NCBI GenBank assembly: GCA_964500725.1
Contig: CAZCNP010000003.1
Span: 1-57,475 of the forward strand
Source of the DNA: an uncultured Gammaproteobacteria bacterium
GTDB lineage: Bacteria > Patescibacteriota > Microgenomatia > Daviesbacterales > UBA10151
Direction: 5' to 3'
DNA: 57,475 nt
Position numbers and translations under genes: made by a program. The notes under the pieces are model-generated. The model saw nothing but the letters and a program-made list of their open reading frames with translations. It had not been told where the DNA came from and searched no databases. Positions 28,460 to 38,896 of this stretch are shown here, one piece after another; position 1 is the first letter of the stretch; each line of letters begins with the position of its first letter.

Positions 28460-29008
28460 ATGGAAAAAAATAAAGGTGGTAGACCACCAACAACAGAAGA
28501 AACACTTGATTTGTATTTGCGGAAACTAGAACCATTCCTAAAGAGTGGTCAGACGCTCTATAGAGCTTGTCTTAACACCCAAATTCCATATAGGACAGTT
28601 AAAGATTGGTCCGATAAAAGTGAGGGGTTTTCGCAAAAAATAGATGCTTTTTTAAGCTACACAGCTAATTTAATTAATAACCTACATTTTAGTAGATTAG
28701 TTGGTATTGCAACAAAGCAAAGTAAAATGCAGGAATTACTAGCTGATCTAAAAGCCGGAAAGATAAAAAAAGAAGATTTTGATAAGCTATGTGCAGATTA
28801 TGAGATATCTGATAAAGAGTGGCAATTTATAGCATGGTACGCTACCCACTCGTATTCCACTAGAGAGGACTATGGACAAAGGATAGATCGTATTGAAGAA
28901 AATCCACAACCATTAACACCTGAAGCAGACACAAGAGAAGTAGCAGAATTATTGCAGGCTATTCTTCATAAAAATGATGCTCCTGAAGAAAAAATTGTTA
29001 TAAGCTAG
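28460..29008 (+). CDS. hypothetical protein, terminase small subunit-like N-terminal HTH
   Basis: GGRP...G.TL..AC....IPYRTVKDW pattern. Confidence 0.45.
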   Translation: MEKNKGGRPPTTEETLDLYLRKLEPFLKSGQTLYRACLNTQIPYRTVKDWSDKSEGFSQKIDAFLSYTANLINNLHFSRLVGIATKQSKMQELLADLKAGKIKKEDFDKLCADYEISDKEWQFIAWYATHSYSTREDYGQRIDRIEENPQPLTPEADTREVAELLQAILHKNDAPEEKIVIS

Positions 29009-29261
29009 TTAGCTCATTCATGGAAACTCCAAGCGCTTTGGCAATCTTCCACATAACAAAAACTGTGGGATGGTATTTCCCAAGCTCTAAATGACCAACA
29101 TAAGTAAGATGGAGTCCAGCCTTTTCTGCTAACTCTTGCTGGGTCATTCTTTTGTTTTTCCTTACCTCTTTTAGTCTCTCGCTGAGTAATCCGGTAAATT
29201 CTCTTCTTAATTTCTTATTCTCGTTCTCATCTTTAGGAGTTTTGAACTGTAAAGTACCCAT
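28998..29261 (-). CDS. XRE-family HTH regulator
   Basis: MTQQELAEKAGLHLTYVGHLELGK..P. Confidence 0.92.
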   Translation of the reverse strand: MGTLQFKTPKDENENKKLRREFTGLLSERLKEVRKNKRMTQQELAEKAGLHLTYVGHLELGKYHPTVFVMWKIAKALGVSMNELTSL

Positions 29262-29349
29262 GCCTCTAATTTTCTAGCGTAGACATAGTTTTATATATAG
29301 CGTACTTATCTAAATATTGTTATAATTGATATAGACTCATTTACTATTT

Positions 29350-30045
29350 ATGGCACTTCTACCTTTTACAGAGGAACAAAAAAGTAAAATTAAAGAGGAA
29401 GAGGATGAAGACTTAAGAAGGCAATTGAGGTCTTTTACTTCTAAAACTAATCAGAAGCATGGTGTACCTGCAATTTTGTCATTGTTTATTCCTGGACTTG
29501 GACAAATAGTAAAGGGGCAGACTGGAAAGGGTATCCTAATCCTTATTTGTACGCTTATTGGCTATTTCGTGTTTGTTGTTCCCGGACTCATTATTCATAT
29601 CTGGCAAATTGCTGATGCATACAATAATAACAAGATATCGGATAATGAAGACAAACCAAAAAGTAAAGTTAAGTGGCTTGGTTTAATTTTGATTACGCTT
29701 ATTATCTTACTCCTTAGCTTAGCGGGTAAGTATTCTAGTGGCACAACAAGCAAAGAGAGCTTCCAAGATTTATCAAGAAAAAGATTTGATGGTATATTAG
29801 CTACATCGCCTGAACTAGAAAGTATTGAATGTTTAGATGGAAATTGTACATCTGTTGTGTATTTTAACTTTAGGAAGTTGCCTGATGATTTAGAGTATAT
29901 GATTAGAGCCAATACTGTAACTTTCTCAAATTTTAAATACGAGAATACTGGAACAAGTAATATAAGCATATTTGCGACATATAACGGTAGCACTCTGTTA
30001 CAATGCGATGGTGGTCAAGGAAAGGTAAAAGACTGCAAAAAATAA
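29350..30045 (+). CDS. membrane protein
   Basis: AILSLFIPGLGQIVKGQTGKG motif; several TMs. Confidence 0.7.
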   Translation: MALLPFTEEQKSKIKEEEDEDLRRQLRSFTSKTNQKHGVPAILSLFIPGLGQIVKGQTGKGILILICTLIGYFVFVVPGLIIHIWQIADAYNNNKISDNEDKPKSKVKWLGLILITLIILLLSLAGKYSSGTTSKESFQDLSRKRFDGILATSPELESIECLDGNCTSVVYFNFRKLPDDLEYMIRANTVTFSNFKYENTGTSNISIFATYNGSTLLQCDGGQGKVKDCKK

Positions 30046-30063
30046 AAAAGAATTACCTTATGT

Positions 30064-31005
30064 ATGAACGGATTATTTGTTTTACTGTTTATAATCTCCC
30101 TGATACTGTTTCCTATAGCAGTTATTAAGCCAAGTTTTGTTGCGAAAGTAACAAAACATACATTTACAAGATTAAGAATTGGATCACTCTTAGGAATAGT
30201 AACATTGGCACTATTTATTTTAGTAGGAGTAACTGCACCACCAAAATCTACAAATAACATTTCAGTATCTCAAGATCAACAAGTAAAGGAAGCATCTAAG
30301 CAACAGGTAGGAGTTAATGTAGAAGATAAAAGTAAAGAACCGGAAAAAGCCTCACCTACACCAGCGTCATCTTCGCAAACAAATCTTTATACTGTTACTT
30401 CTGTTATTGATGGAGATACTGTTAAAGTTACCCTGGGCAGTGAGCAGGAAACCCTGCGTTTAATAGGCATTGACTCACCGGAGACAGTAGACCCTAGAAA
30501 ACCAGTCCAGTGTTTTGGTAAGGAAGCCTCTGCAAAAGCTAAAGCATTACTTTCCGGTAAATCCGTAAGGCTTGAGGCAGACCCAACACAAGGTGAAAGG
30601 GATAAATATCAAAGGCTTCTTAGGTATGTTTTTTTAGAAGATGGGACTAGTTTTAATAAACTAATGATTTCAGAAGGATATGCTCACGAATATACTTACA
30701 ATGTACCTTACAAATATCAGGCTGAATTTAAACAAGCACAGAAAGAAGCAGAAGCAAATAAAAGGGGTTTATGGGCTGATGATGCTTGTGGTAGACCGCA
30801 ACCAACTACAAATGTTAGTTCTTCGGGCAATACAGGAGCTTCAGGGGGATCTTCTGGTAATAGTGGCGGTTTCACTTGTGCAGGTAAGACTTTATGTGGT
30901 CAGATGACTTCTTGTGCAGAGGCTAATTTTTACTTAAATACATGCGGAATAAGTAGATTAGATGGCGATAAAGATGGTGTTCCTTGTGAAACACTTTGTA
31001 ATTAA
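30064..31005 (+). CDS. thermonuclease (SNase) with C-terminal excalibur Ca-binding domain
   Basis: VIDGDT, RLIGIDSPE, DKYQRLLRYV; LDGDKDGVPCE. Confidence 0.92.
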   Translation: MNGLFVLLFIISLILFPIAVIKPSFVAKVTKHTFTRLRIGSLLGIVTLALFILVGVTAPPKSTNNISVSQDQQVKEASKQQVGVNVEDKSKEPEKASPTPASSSQTNLYTVTSVIDGDTVKVTLGSEQETLRLIGIDSPETVDPRKPVQCFGKEASAKAKALLSGKSVRLEADPTQGERDKYQRLLRYVFLEDGTSFNKLMISEGYAHEYTYNVPYKYQAEFKQAQKEAEANKRGLWADDACGRPQPTTNVSSSGNTGASGGSSGNSGGFTCAGKTLCGQMTSCAEANFYLNTCGISRLDGDKDGVPCETLCN

Positions 31006-31097
31006 ATCACTGCAACTGTTGCAGGAATACTTGATATTTATTTCCATTAAAATACAATAAGTCCACTCTAAAAGTTTGGAGCAAATATAAAGATAAA

Positions 31098-31955
31098 ATG
31101 AGTATAAACAATCAAACCAGTTTGGGTTTTAAGGATCTTATACAAATTCTTCTACAAACCCAAATGGATTATAAATGGTTTAGCGTAAGGAAAAAACTAA
31201 ACTATGAAAAAGCCTTATTCCTCCCTATTAGCAAAGAATTTACTAAAGATATTTTATCAATCAAAGAAGAATTTAATGTACCAAAATTAAGCCCAGACAA
31301 GGACTACATTTTTATTGAGGGTGCTGGAATTGAGATTGAGGACTCAAATTGGCTTAGCGTAAAACCCAAAGAGTTTATAAACAGATGGGAAGCATGCATA
31401 ACGGAATTGCTTCATAAATATAAACTTCCTGTAAGTTTCATAGATTGGGTGGAATGGAATATTCTTTATGGAAAACCTAAAACTTATCCTAATTACAACA
31501 TGGAGACATTTTTAGAAATAATAAGATATCCCCAAGAAGCAAATAGAATAGGTTTAACAACGGGTGAGAAGAAACTAATGCTGGAACTACTGAGGTTTGT
31601 AATCAAATCCACAAAAGGTAAACGAAGGACTACTTTAAAAAAATCATTTGTACAACTGGAAGAGATAATTAAACAAAGCAAAAATCGGAGGCGTGGGATA
31701 AGAAGCTTAAAAACATCCTTAATCGCATACAACAAACCAGAAGTTGAAACATATCACGATACAACTAAGGGCAGTCATGGAGAAGATGTAACAAAACACT
31801 ATTCATATAGGAAACTGGTTTCTGACCATTTTGATATTGATACTGAAGACGATAATGAGTTTGAGGAAGAAATAAATAAAAATGCAGCAAAGTTAAGAAA
31901 ACAAAAGGAAAGACTTTTAAAACGCCATATTCAGCCTCAAAAAGTTGAAAATTAG
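31098..31955 (+). CDS. hypothetical protein
   Basis: 285-aa ORF. Confidence 0.7.
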   Translation: MSINNQTSLGFKDLIQILLQTQMDYKWFSVRKKLNYEKALFLPISKEFTKDILSIKEEFNVPKLSPDKDYIFIEGAGIEIEDSNWLSVKPKEFINRWEACITELLHKYKLPVSFIDWVEWNILYGKPKTYPNYNMETFLEIIRYPQEANRIGLTTGEKKLMLELLRFVIKSTKGKRRTTLKKSFVQLEEIIKQSKNRRRGIRSLKTSLIAYNKPEVETYHDTTKGSHGEDVTKHYSYRKLVSDHFDIDTEDDNEFEEEINKNAAKLRKQKERLLKRHIQPQKVEN

Positions 31956-32123
31956 TGTCACTTTTTCCATTTTAAGCTCCTGTAGACTAGTGCTTAATGA
32001 GTATCAATATTAAGGATAAGCAAAAACATCAATTAGAAATGGTTGCAGAACAATGGGTCAATATAGTATTCGCCCATTTACAGCATAAAAAGCAATTCCT
32101 GATCAAAAAGAATAAAAATAACT

Positions 32124-32369
32124 ATGGAAAATAATAAAAACATCTTTTCTACTGACTCATTTGTTCTAGCAAGTTACCTCCTTTGTGAGTCATTAAAACT
32201 TACATCTATAAATAGGGATAATCCCAAGAGAATGATTTTTGTATTTGAAGACTCCACACAAAGGAAACTATTGATAGAGCTTTTCTTTTCATATAAAGCC
32301 CGAGTTGAACCTAATCGGTTCTATTCAGCTCAGAGAAATTTGAAGCAGATGATTTATCAAAATAAATAG
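32124..32369 (+). CDS. DUF5659-like protein
   Basis: FSTDSFVLASYLL...DNPKRMIFVF...VEP..F pattern. Confidence 0.65.
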   Translation: MENNKNIFSTDSFVLASYLLCESLKLTSINRDNPKRMIFVFEDSTQRKLLIELFFSYKARVEPNRFYSAQRNLKQMIYQNK

Positions 32370-32393
32370 TAAAAATTAGTAATAAAAATAAAA

Positions 32394-32732
32394 ATGAATA
32401 TGGGCAAATTTAGAATTAATCAGATAGCATTACGCAACATTGTTTGGAGGGCTCCTGAATACCCTTTAGCAGCGAAGGTGCTCTTACTTGACCTTCTTTG
32501 GTATGCAGGTAACAGTAATTCCGCCTTTCCCTCTCAAAAGACCCTAGGGAAAAACCATGGTTTAAGCTCCCGTTATGTAAGGAAAATGCTCAAATTACTA
32601 AAAGAGTATGGCTGTATAACTTGGAGAAAATCTGGTTTTTCAAAAAGCAATCATTATACTTTCAGCACAGATTTATATGGTGTTATCAATGAAACAATCA
32701 ATGAGGAACAAACAGATGAGGGAACAAAATGA
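32394..32732 (+). CDS. HTH replication-initiator-like protein (possibly truncated)
   Basis: AFPSQKTLG...LS.RYV...LK.L...G.I...SNHY wHTH. Confidence 0.7.
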   Translation: MNMGKFRINQIALRNIVWRAPEYPLAAKVLLLDLLWYAGNSNSAFPSQKTLGKNHGLSSRYVRKMLKLLKEYGCITWRKSGFSKSNHYTFSTDLYGVINETINEEQTDEGTK

Positions 32733-32929
32733 GTAAGGAATTATTGTTCCTCCAACTAGAGGTATTAAAGTTCCTATTCATAAAGGAACAAGGAAACCGA
32801 CTAATGATAATCAGAACTAAAGATAATCAAATTAAAGATAGTCAGGATTATCTGAAAGATAATCCCTTCAACGAGTATGCGTTGAAGGATGCTGGTTTAC
32901 CAGCATCAATCCTTGTAGGAAAAGTGTAA
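32729..32929 (+). CDS. hypothetical or C-terminal fragment of replication gene
   Basis: ATGA overlap; GGAAC/GTTCC repeats. Confidence 0.3.
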   Translation: MSKELLFLQLEVLKFLFIKEQGNRLMIIRTKDNQIKDSQDYLKDNPFNEYALKDAGLPASILVGKV

Positions 32930-32968
32930 AATATAATGTATAATTAAATATAAGTAATAAACATAAAT

Positions 32969-34507
32969 ATGAAGAATTGTTATATCTATTTAAGAGTAAG
33001 TACAGACGAGCAAGCCAACGAAGGTTTCTCTTTAGATAACCAGAAACGCTCCTGTTCAGACTACGCCCAAATGTGTGGGTACCATATTAAGAGGGTATTT
33101 GAGGATGGCGGTAAAAGCGGTAGAACAACAGATAGACCAGCTTTTCAAGAGTTGTTAACCCTACTCCAAGAAAGCCCAGTAGATGCAGTTATTATTTATA
33201 AAATTGATAGATTTGCCAGAAATGTTGGGGATTTCTCCGGAATAAGGAAACAGTTTAAAAACATGGGCGTTAAGCTCCTCTCTGTATCCGAAAATGGTGA
33301 TGTGACCGAGGGTTTAATAGGAAATATCTTTGCTTCTGTTGCGGAGTGGGAGTCAGAGGTAAATGGACAAAGGACTAAGGATGCTTTAATGCAGAAATTT
33401 AGGGAAGGTTGGCAGCCAACCCCTCCTCCACTTGGCTATATAAGCATTGGCGGAGATCGAGAGAGAAAAACTTGTGAACCGGATCCATATGTAGCATCTA
33501 TTGTCAAGGAAATGTTCGAGATTTATGCTACAGGGAATTATTCAATCCTAGAACTCCAAGAATGGCTCAGTAATAAAAATTTGGTTTCTAAATCAGGGAC
33601 AGGACTCGGACATAGCGTAATCTGCAATATTCTAAATAACCCTTTCTACTACGGTCTAATACGCTGGAAGGGTGAGTCAAAGATAGGAAAACATATCCCC
33701 ATTATTACTAGGGATTTGTTTGAAACCTGCCAGTATGTTTTAGCAAAGCACAGAAACTTTTTAATGAGACGCAGAGTCCACGATTTCCTTCTTAGAGGGT
33801 TTATCTATTGTGGTGAGTGTGGTCAAAGATATACCGCTGAATGGCATGTAGATGCGGTAAAACTTAAGAAACGAGGCGGAAAGATAGGATATTACCATTG
33901 CAAGAAATTAGGCAGAAACGGCTGTCCTGCCCCGTATGTGGAGCTAGCAGACTTAGAAAACCAAACTATGGAAGAATTTAAAAAAATGCAATTTAGCCAA
34001 GAATTTATAGATGCTGTGGTCCGCAAAACTAAGGAACGCTTAGAAAACACCCGCAAAACCGCAGCTTCTTTAAAACAAGGCATGATAAACCAAAAAACAG
34101 CTTTTGAAGCTAAAAGAAGCAAGCTTGAAGATGCTTTATTAGATGCGACTATAGACCGAGATACATTTAAAAGAAAACACTCAGAAATTCAGGATAAAAT
34201 CCTCAATCTAGAGGCTCAAATACAGGAGATTGATGCTGAGAGCCAGATAGATATTGAGCTTATTGATGAAGTTCTAGCTTTTACTAGGAATATTTATCAA
34301 ACTTACTCTGAAGCCCCAGATTTTCTAAAAAGGCACTACCTCAGGTTCTTTTATGAAAAGATAATTGTAAGAAATAAAGAGATTATAGAAGCAACGCCAA
34401 CTCCGATTTTCGCATCCCTGCTTGCTAATCAGCAGGTTATAATAACAGACTTGAGCTCCTCGACCTGGATTCGAACCAGGAACCTGCCGATTACATTTTA
34501 CCCTTAA
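32969..34507 (+). CDS. large serine recombinase
   Basis: YLRVST catalytic Ser, KIDRFAR, recombinase domain, CGECG zinc ribbon, coiled coil; 3' end runs antisense into tRNA-Asn. Confidence 0.95.
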   Translation: MKNCYIYLRVSTDEQANEGFSLDNQKRSCSDYAQMCGYHIKRVFEDGGKSGRTTDRPAFQELLTLLQESPVDAVIIYKIDRFARNVGDFSGIRKQFKNMGVKLLSVSENGDVTEGLIGNIFASVAEWESEVNGQRTKDALMQKFREGWQPTPPPLGYISIGGDRERKTCEPDPYVASIVKEMFEIYATGNYSILELQEWLSNKNLVSKSGTGLGHSVICNILNNPFYYGLIRWKGESKIGKHIPIITRDLFETCQYVLAKHRNFLMRRRVHDFLLRGFIYCGECGQRYTAEWHVDAVKLKKRGGKIGYYHCKKLGRNGCPAPYVELADLENQTMEEFKKMQFSQEFIDAVVRKTKERLENTRKTAASLKQGMINQKTAFEAKRSKLEDALLDATIDRDTFKRKHSEIQDKILNLEAQIQEIDAESQIDIELIDEVLAFTRNIYQTYSEAPDFLKRHYLRFFYEKIIVRNKEIIEATPTPIFASLLANQQVIITDLSSSTWIRTRNLPITFYP

Positions 34508-34760
34508 TTTACATCAAGGAATGGACTATCTCTTCACCATAAACTTGATTCTGGACAAGCCAGAACGACATATTTTTAGGTGTGGGGCGCTAATTGGTGT
34601 ACTCACCTAGTCTCTGCACCTTCCCCCCGCCTTTGGCAGGGGTCTTGGCTCAGGATTACCTCTAAAAGGGTTTCCTGAATTCACCCCATTCTCATTCTTA
34701 GCTTTTGCCAAGAAGCTGCATTTTCTACAGTCGGACGCTCTACCGTTGAGCTATCGAGGA
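34456..34760 (-). tRNA. tRNA-Asn(GTT) split by a group I intron (exons 34727-34760 and 34456-34493)
   Basis: Joined exons form a 72-nt cloverleaf, TCCTCGA/TCGAGGA acceptor, loop CTGTTAA; CCA not encoded. Confidence 0.9.
34494..34726 (-). ncRNA. group I intron (IC3-like), 233 nt, between anticodon positions 35 and 36
   Basis: Exon-terminal U; terminal G; IGS GCAG pairs CUGU; AATTCAGGAAAC, AATCCTGAGCC, GCAGAGACTAG and AAGAGATAGTCC core. Confidence 0.9.
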
Positions 34761-34763
34761 ATA

Positions 34764-35459
34764 TTAAAGTACGTCAGCTATTTTACCACCCAATAAAGCC
34801 GAAATCCATCCTATTATTTTTCTTTGCTTATCACTATCGCTAAAACGAATCGCAAAAACACCATACTGGTGGATATTCTTTCTAATTTTCTTGCTGTCTT
34901 TTTTATCTTTTGCTATGTAGGTTTTATGAAATTGCTCTTCAGGAATACCAGTAAGCTTTGACCAATATTGTTTGGCAACTATATCATCCAGGCCTTGATG
35001 TATCCAAATTGCTCCTCTTAATTTTGTCATTGGCAAACGGCAAAATTCCTGGAACCATTTACTCATAAACTTAATTAAAATAGGATCCGAATTTACAAAT
35101 CCACCCTTTCCGTCATTTTTAAAACCTTCTCCCGAGTAAAGAGCTACCCCAGCTATGAAGCGATCTCTTTTTGATAATTTACCTAACTCTTTTTTCGCAT
35201 CCTTAAAAATAACCCTTGTTCTTGCTAATCTTGCCCTTCTTTTATTATCAGCTGCTACAATCGAACCCTTTCTTTGCCCAAACATTTTATTCTCCAGAAG
35301 CTGTCTTTTTTGATCTTGTGTGAGCTTGATATCCCGACACCATCTGCTAACAGTATCTTTTGAAACATGAATTTGCTGCATTATTTTACCGTAAGACAAA
35401 CCTTTTTTACGTAGCGATTGAGCTTTAAACTTTTCCTCTAGCTTACCTACATACCCCAT
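34764..35459 (-). CDS. HTH plus LAGLIDADG-like protein, tRNA-adjacent
   Basis: N-terminal HTH (GLSYGKI...VSKDTVSRW); ALYSGEG.K...FVNSDP; stops 3 nt before tRNA-Asn. Confidence 0.6.
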   Translation of the reverse strand: MGYVGKLEEKFKAQSLRKKGLSYGKIMQQIHVSKDTVSRWCRDIKLTQDQKRQLLENKMFGQRKGSIVAADNKRRARLARTRVIFKDAKKELGKLSKRDRFIAGVALYSGEGFKNDGKGGFVNSDPILIKFMSKWFQEFCRLPMTKLRGAIWIHQGLDDIVAKQYWSKLTGIPEEQFHKTYIAKDKKDSKKIRKNIHQYGVFAIRFSDSDKQRKIIGWISALLGGKIADVL

Positions 35460-35563
35460 ATTTACATTATCAAATTAGGACTAAGTATTGTCAAGTATTT
35501 ATTACTAGAGATGGTAATACGATTTGAAATATAATAAATTTTATCACCTATCCTGTCCATATC

Positions 35564-35603
35564 TAGATTGCTTCTCCCGACTAAAGTCGGGATCGCAAGG
35601 ACA
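35564..35603. repeat. REP-like palindromic element
   Basis: GATTGCTTC-TCCCGACTAAAGTCGGGA-TCGCAAGGAC hairpin. Confidence 0.45.
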
Positions 35604-35636
35604 AAAGGAGAGGATTTGCTTTTTTAAACAGAAAAG

Positions 35637-36728
35637 CTATTCTAGATAATCCCGAAGTTTTTTTGCTCTGGTGGGATGTTTTAATTTTCTAATAGCTTTG
35701 GCTTCAATTTGTCTAATTCTTTCTCTAGTAACTCCAAATTCTTTGCCTACTTCTTCTAATGTTCTTTGTTTACCATCTTCTAGACCAAACCTGAGCTGTA
35801 ATACTCTTTTTTCTCTAGGAGAGAGACTATCCAGCACCTCATCTAAATGAATCTTTAAAAGCTCTCTTGTAGCCTGCTCATCTGGCTGCAAGCCTTGGTC
35901 AGCAATAAAATCCCCTAAATGAGAATCTTCCTCATCTCCAACAGGAGTTTCCAAAGAAGTAGGCTCTTGGGAAACTTTAATAATTTCCCTGGCTTTACTT
36001 TCATCAATCCCTAAAGCTTTGGCTACTTCTTCTGGGGCAGGTTCTCTGCCTAGCTCCTGCATTAACCTTCTTTGAGTTCTATTGAATCTATTGATAGTTT
36101 CTACCATATGAACAGGAATTCTAATAGTTCTTGCCTGATCAGCAATTGCCCTGGTGATAGCTTGCCTGATCCACCAAGTGGCATAAGTGGAAAATTTATA
36201 ACCCCTTCTCCAGTCATATTTGTCTACTGCTCTCATCAAACCAATATTCCCCTCTTCAATTAAATCGAGCAAGCTCATTCCTCTTCCTACATACTTTTTG
36301 GCTATAGAGACAACTAAACGCAAGTTAGCGCTAATCAATTTATCTCTAGAGGGTTGATCATTTTTTTCTGCTTTTTTGGCAAGCTCAATTTCATCTTGGG
36401 CTGTTAGAAGTGGGATCTTACCAATATCACGAAGATATTGTCTAACAGGATCTGTAACAGAACCTCCCTCTAAAGTAGTTAAAACCTCTAATTCTTTTTC
36501 CAAATCGGAAGGAGATTTAGTTTCAGCTTCCAGCTCTTCTGCTGTGCTTTCAAATACATCAATACTGGCATCAATTAATTGAATATAAAACTCATCCAAA
36601 GCTGGGATTACTTCTTCTGGTTTAGGGAAAATCTGTAAAATTTCCTCTTGGGTAACAAAGCCTCTGTCTTTACCTAATTTAAGAAGCTTTTTAATATCTA
36701 GTGTTGTTTGTTTTCTTTGTTTAGCCAT
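35637..36728 (-). CDS. rpoD: RNA polymerase sigma factor RpoD
   Basis: [39 protein letters not shown]. Confidence 0.98.
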   Translation of the reverse strand: MAKQRKQTTLDIKKLLKLGKDRGFVTQEEILQIFPKPEEVIPALDEFYIQLIDASIDVFESTAEELEAETKSPSDLEKELEVLTTLEGGSVTDPVRQYLRDIGKIPLLTAQDEIELAKKAEKNDQPSRDKLISANLRLVVSIAKKYVGRGMSLLDLIEEGNIGLMRAVDKYDWRRGYKFSTYATWWIRQAITRAIADQARTIRIPVHMVETINRFNRTQRRLMQELGREPAPEEVAKALGIDESKAREIIKVSQEPTSLETPVGDEEDSHLGDFIADQGLQPDEQATRELLKIHLDEVLDSLSPREKRVLQLRFGLEDGKQRTLEEVGKEFGVTRERIRQIEAKAIRKLKHPTRAKKLRDYLE

Positions 36729-36730
36729 AT

Positions 36731-38506
36731 TTAAAGATTTTTAAGCTTGACTGACAGATCCCTAAAGCGCTTGTTTAAAGACTCTACAACATCCATCTTA
36801 TCAAATTCCTGGGCATTCTTAATCTCCAAGGTTAGTTTTTGCAAAGAAGCTTTAATTAAAGCCTTCTTAAGCTCTGAGACTACCCCCTCCAATTCCTTCT
36901 GCCAGAATTTATTGTCACTTAGTTTACTATCAAGTTCAGTTAAATACAACCTATCTACTTCAACAGTCAATTCTTTAGGCAAACCTTCCACAAATTCATT
37001 AATCTCAAATGCCCTGCTTTTAAAAGAAATTGAGTCCAAATAAATCACTAGCAAAACATATATTTGTCTCCATTTTTCTGCCAAAAATAACGTTTCAGGA
37101 AAGGTGGGCACAAAGTTAAAATCTTTAGGCAAATGCAAAAGTAAGGCAATCAAATACTCCTCCAGCAGCTCTCTTCTGGATTTAGAAGGCACTACATTAT
37201 CTTTGGCGCTGGCTGTTTTTAACACATTGGTATAGCTTTGCAATTTGGTGTTGCGTTCTTTGTCCACCGCACTTCGGATAATCTTTTCATCTGATTTTAA
37301 GTAAGCTGATAGCCTCTGGATATAGCGCTCTCTTACTAAATCATCAGTAATTTTGGCCCAAACAGGGATTAACTCTTCTCCGATTCTTTTCAAATCAGCA
37401 GGATTTTTGGTGTCATATCTTTTAGCTGTTGAAGTAAGGTAATAATCATAAATAGGCACAGACTCTTCTATGGCCTTTTGCCAGAGTGAAGGATTTTCAG
37501 AAACTGCCTCAGCTGCATCTTTACCGCCTGAAAGTTGAACCACTTTAATATTTAACCCAGCTTTATCTGCTATTTCAATACCTCTTCTGCAAGCGCTGTC
37601 CCCTGCCAAATCCATATCAAAGGCCAAGGAGATATTATCTGTGTATTTTGTAATCAAATCAATTTGCCCTTCAGTCAAAGCAGTTCCTTTTGAAGCCACA
37701 ATATTTTTAAAACCTGCCTGGAAAGACATAATCATATCCATCTCTCCTTCTACCAAAATTGCTTCTTTTTTATTCCTGATTTCTCCTTTGGCTAAATTTA
37801 AACCAAAGAGCAAGTTTCCTTTATCAAAAATGGGGGTTTGAGGGGTGTTGATATATTTTGGTTCAGCAGGGTATAACACTCTGCCTGAAAAACCCCTGAG
37901 TTTTCCTTTACCATCAATTAAAGGATAAGTAATTCTGCCTCGGAAACGGTCATAACTGCCAGATTTTGAAGCCACTCCTAAACCTGATTGAATAATTTCT
38001 TGATGGCTAAAACCTCTTTTGAGCAAAAATTTAGTCAAAGATTCCCAGGAATTAGGAGCATAACCAATTCCAAATTCTTCTATTGAGCTTGAAGTTAATC
38101 CCCTATTTTTTAGGTATTCCAAGGCTTTTTTGCCTAAAGAATGAGTGGTTAAAATATAATGGAAAAATTCCTGGGCTTTTAAATTAATTTCAAACAACCT
38201 ACTAGTAAAATCTTTTTTATCAGGAGCCTGTTTTAAAACAATTCCAGCTTTGCTAGCCAACATCTCCAAGGCTTCTTTAAAATCTACCCCTTCTTTTTCA
38301 ATTAAAAAAGTAAAAACATCACCTGATTTAGAACATCCAAAACACTTAAAAATCTGTCTTTCTGGAGAGATTACAAAAGAGGGAGTTTTTTCATTATGAA
38401 AGGGACAATTGGCTTTAAAATTTACACCACTCTTTTTTACTGGGAGATACTCGGAGATCAAATCTACAATATTTATTTTCTCTTTGATAAGTTCAATGTC
38501 GTCCAT
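36731..38506 (-). CDS. dnaG: DNA primase
   Basis: CPFH zinc finger, FKCFGC, YINTPQT, VEGEMD, DMDLAG TOPRIM. Confidence 0.98.
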   Translation of the reverse strand: MDDIELIKEKINIVDLISEYLPVKKSGVNFKANCPFHNEKTPSFVISPERQIFKCFGCSKSGDVFTFLIEKEGVDFKEALEMLASKAGIVLKQAPDKKDFTSRLFEINLKAQEFFHYILTTHSLGKKALEYLKNRGLTSSSIEEFGIGYAPNSWESLTKFLLKRGFSHQEIIQSGLGVASKSGSYDRFRGRITYPLIDGKGKLRGFSGRVLYPAEPKYINTPQTPIFDKGNLLFGLNLAKGEIRNKKEAILVEGEMDMIMSFQAGFKNIVASKGTALTEGQIDLITKYTDNISLAFDMDLAGDSACRRGIEIADKAGLNIKVVQLSGGKDAAEAVSENPSLWQKAIEESVPIYDYYLTSTAKRYDTKNPADLKRIGEELIPVWAKITDDLVRERYIQRLSAYLKSDEKIIRSAVDKERNTKLQSYTNVLKTASAKDNVVPSKSRRELLEEYLIALLLHLPKDFNFVPTFPETLFLAEKWRQIYVLLVIYLDSISFKSRAFEINEFVEGLPKELTVEVDRLYLTELDSKLSDNKFWQKELEGVVSELKKALIKASLQKLTLEIKNAQEFDKMDVVESLNKRFRDLSVKLKNL

Positions 38507-38613
38507 ATTTGTAATAGTTATCTAATCGTCCGCCTCTGGCGAGACCATTGGAAACTATCGGGCCAATTCTACACCAAAAAAACCCAAAAAACAAGGCTAG
38601 AGTATAAATAATA

Positions 38614-38781
38614 TTATTTAGCTACTGTAATAGGTTTACTAGAGAGTTTGAGATTAGGAAACCGAACACCTCTTGCTGCTTTAGAATAATCTACATATTC
38701 TGTGGAATCATGAGTTTGCCAAAACTCCCGTTCTTCTTTCTCGCTTCTAAACTTAGGGATCGTTTTTAATTTCTTCTTCAT
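38614..38781 (-). pseudogene. truncated CopG/BrnA-like antitoxin
   Basis: MKKKLKTIPKFRSEKEEREFWQTHDSTEYVD...KPITVAK stops at start of RHH; no toxin partner. Confidence 0.65.
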
Positions 38782-38806
38782 ACAACTTTTCGTTGTTTTT
38801 ACTAAT

Positions 38807-38896
38807 TGGCGGTGGGAGAGGGATTCGAACCCTCGGTAGACTTACGCCCACACGATCTTTCCAGGATCGCCGGTTAAACCACTCCCGAATCCCACC
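38807..38896 (-). tRNA. tRNA-Ser(GGA)
   Basis: GGTGGGA acceptor, CTGGAAA loop, long variable arm, GCCA end. Confidence 0.95.

Larger units (their letters stand above)
22954..34461. mobile_element. ~11.5 kb serine-recombinase integrative element in tRNA-Asn 3' end
   Basis: Bounded by GCTCCTC cores; carries recombinase, excisionase-like MerR HTH, XRE, replication HTH and terminase-small-like genes. Confidence 0.78.

Noticed and set aside
38515-38570. tRNA-like 5' half in the dnaG leader (GGCCCGATAGTTTCCAATGG)
   Set aside because: No anticodon arm or T-arm follows; the adjacent CCGCCTCTGGCG hairpin looks like a REP-type element.
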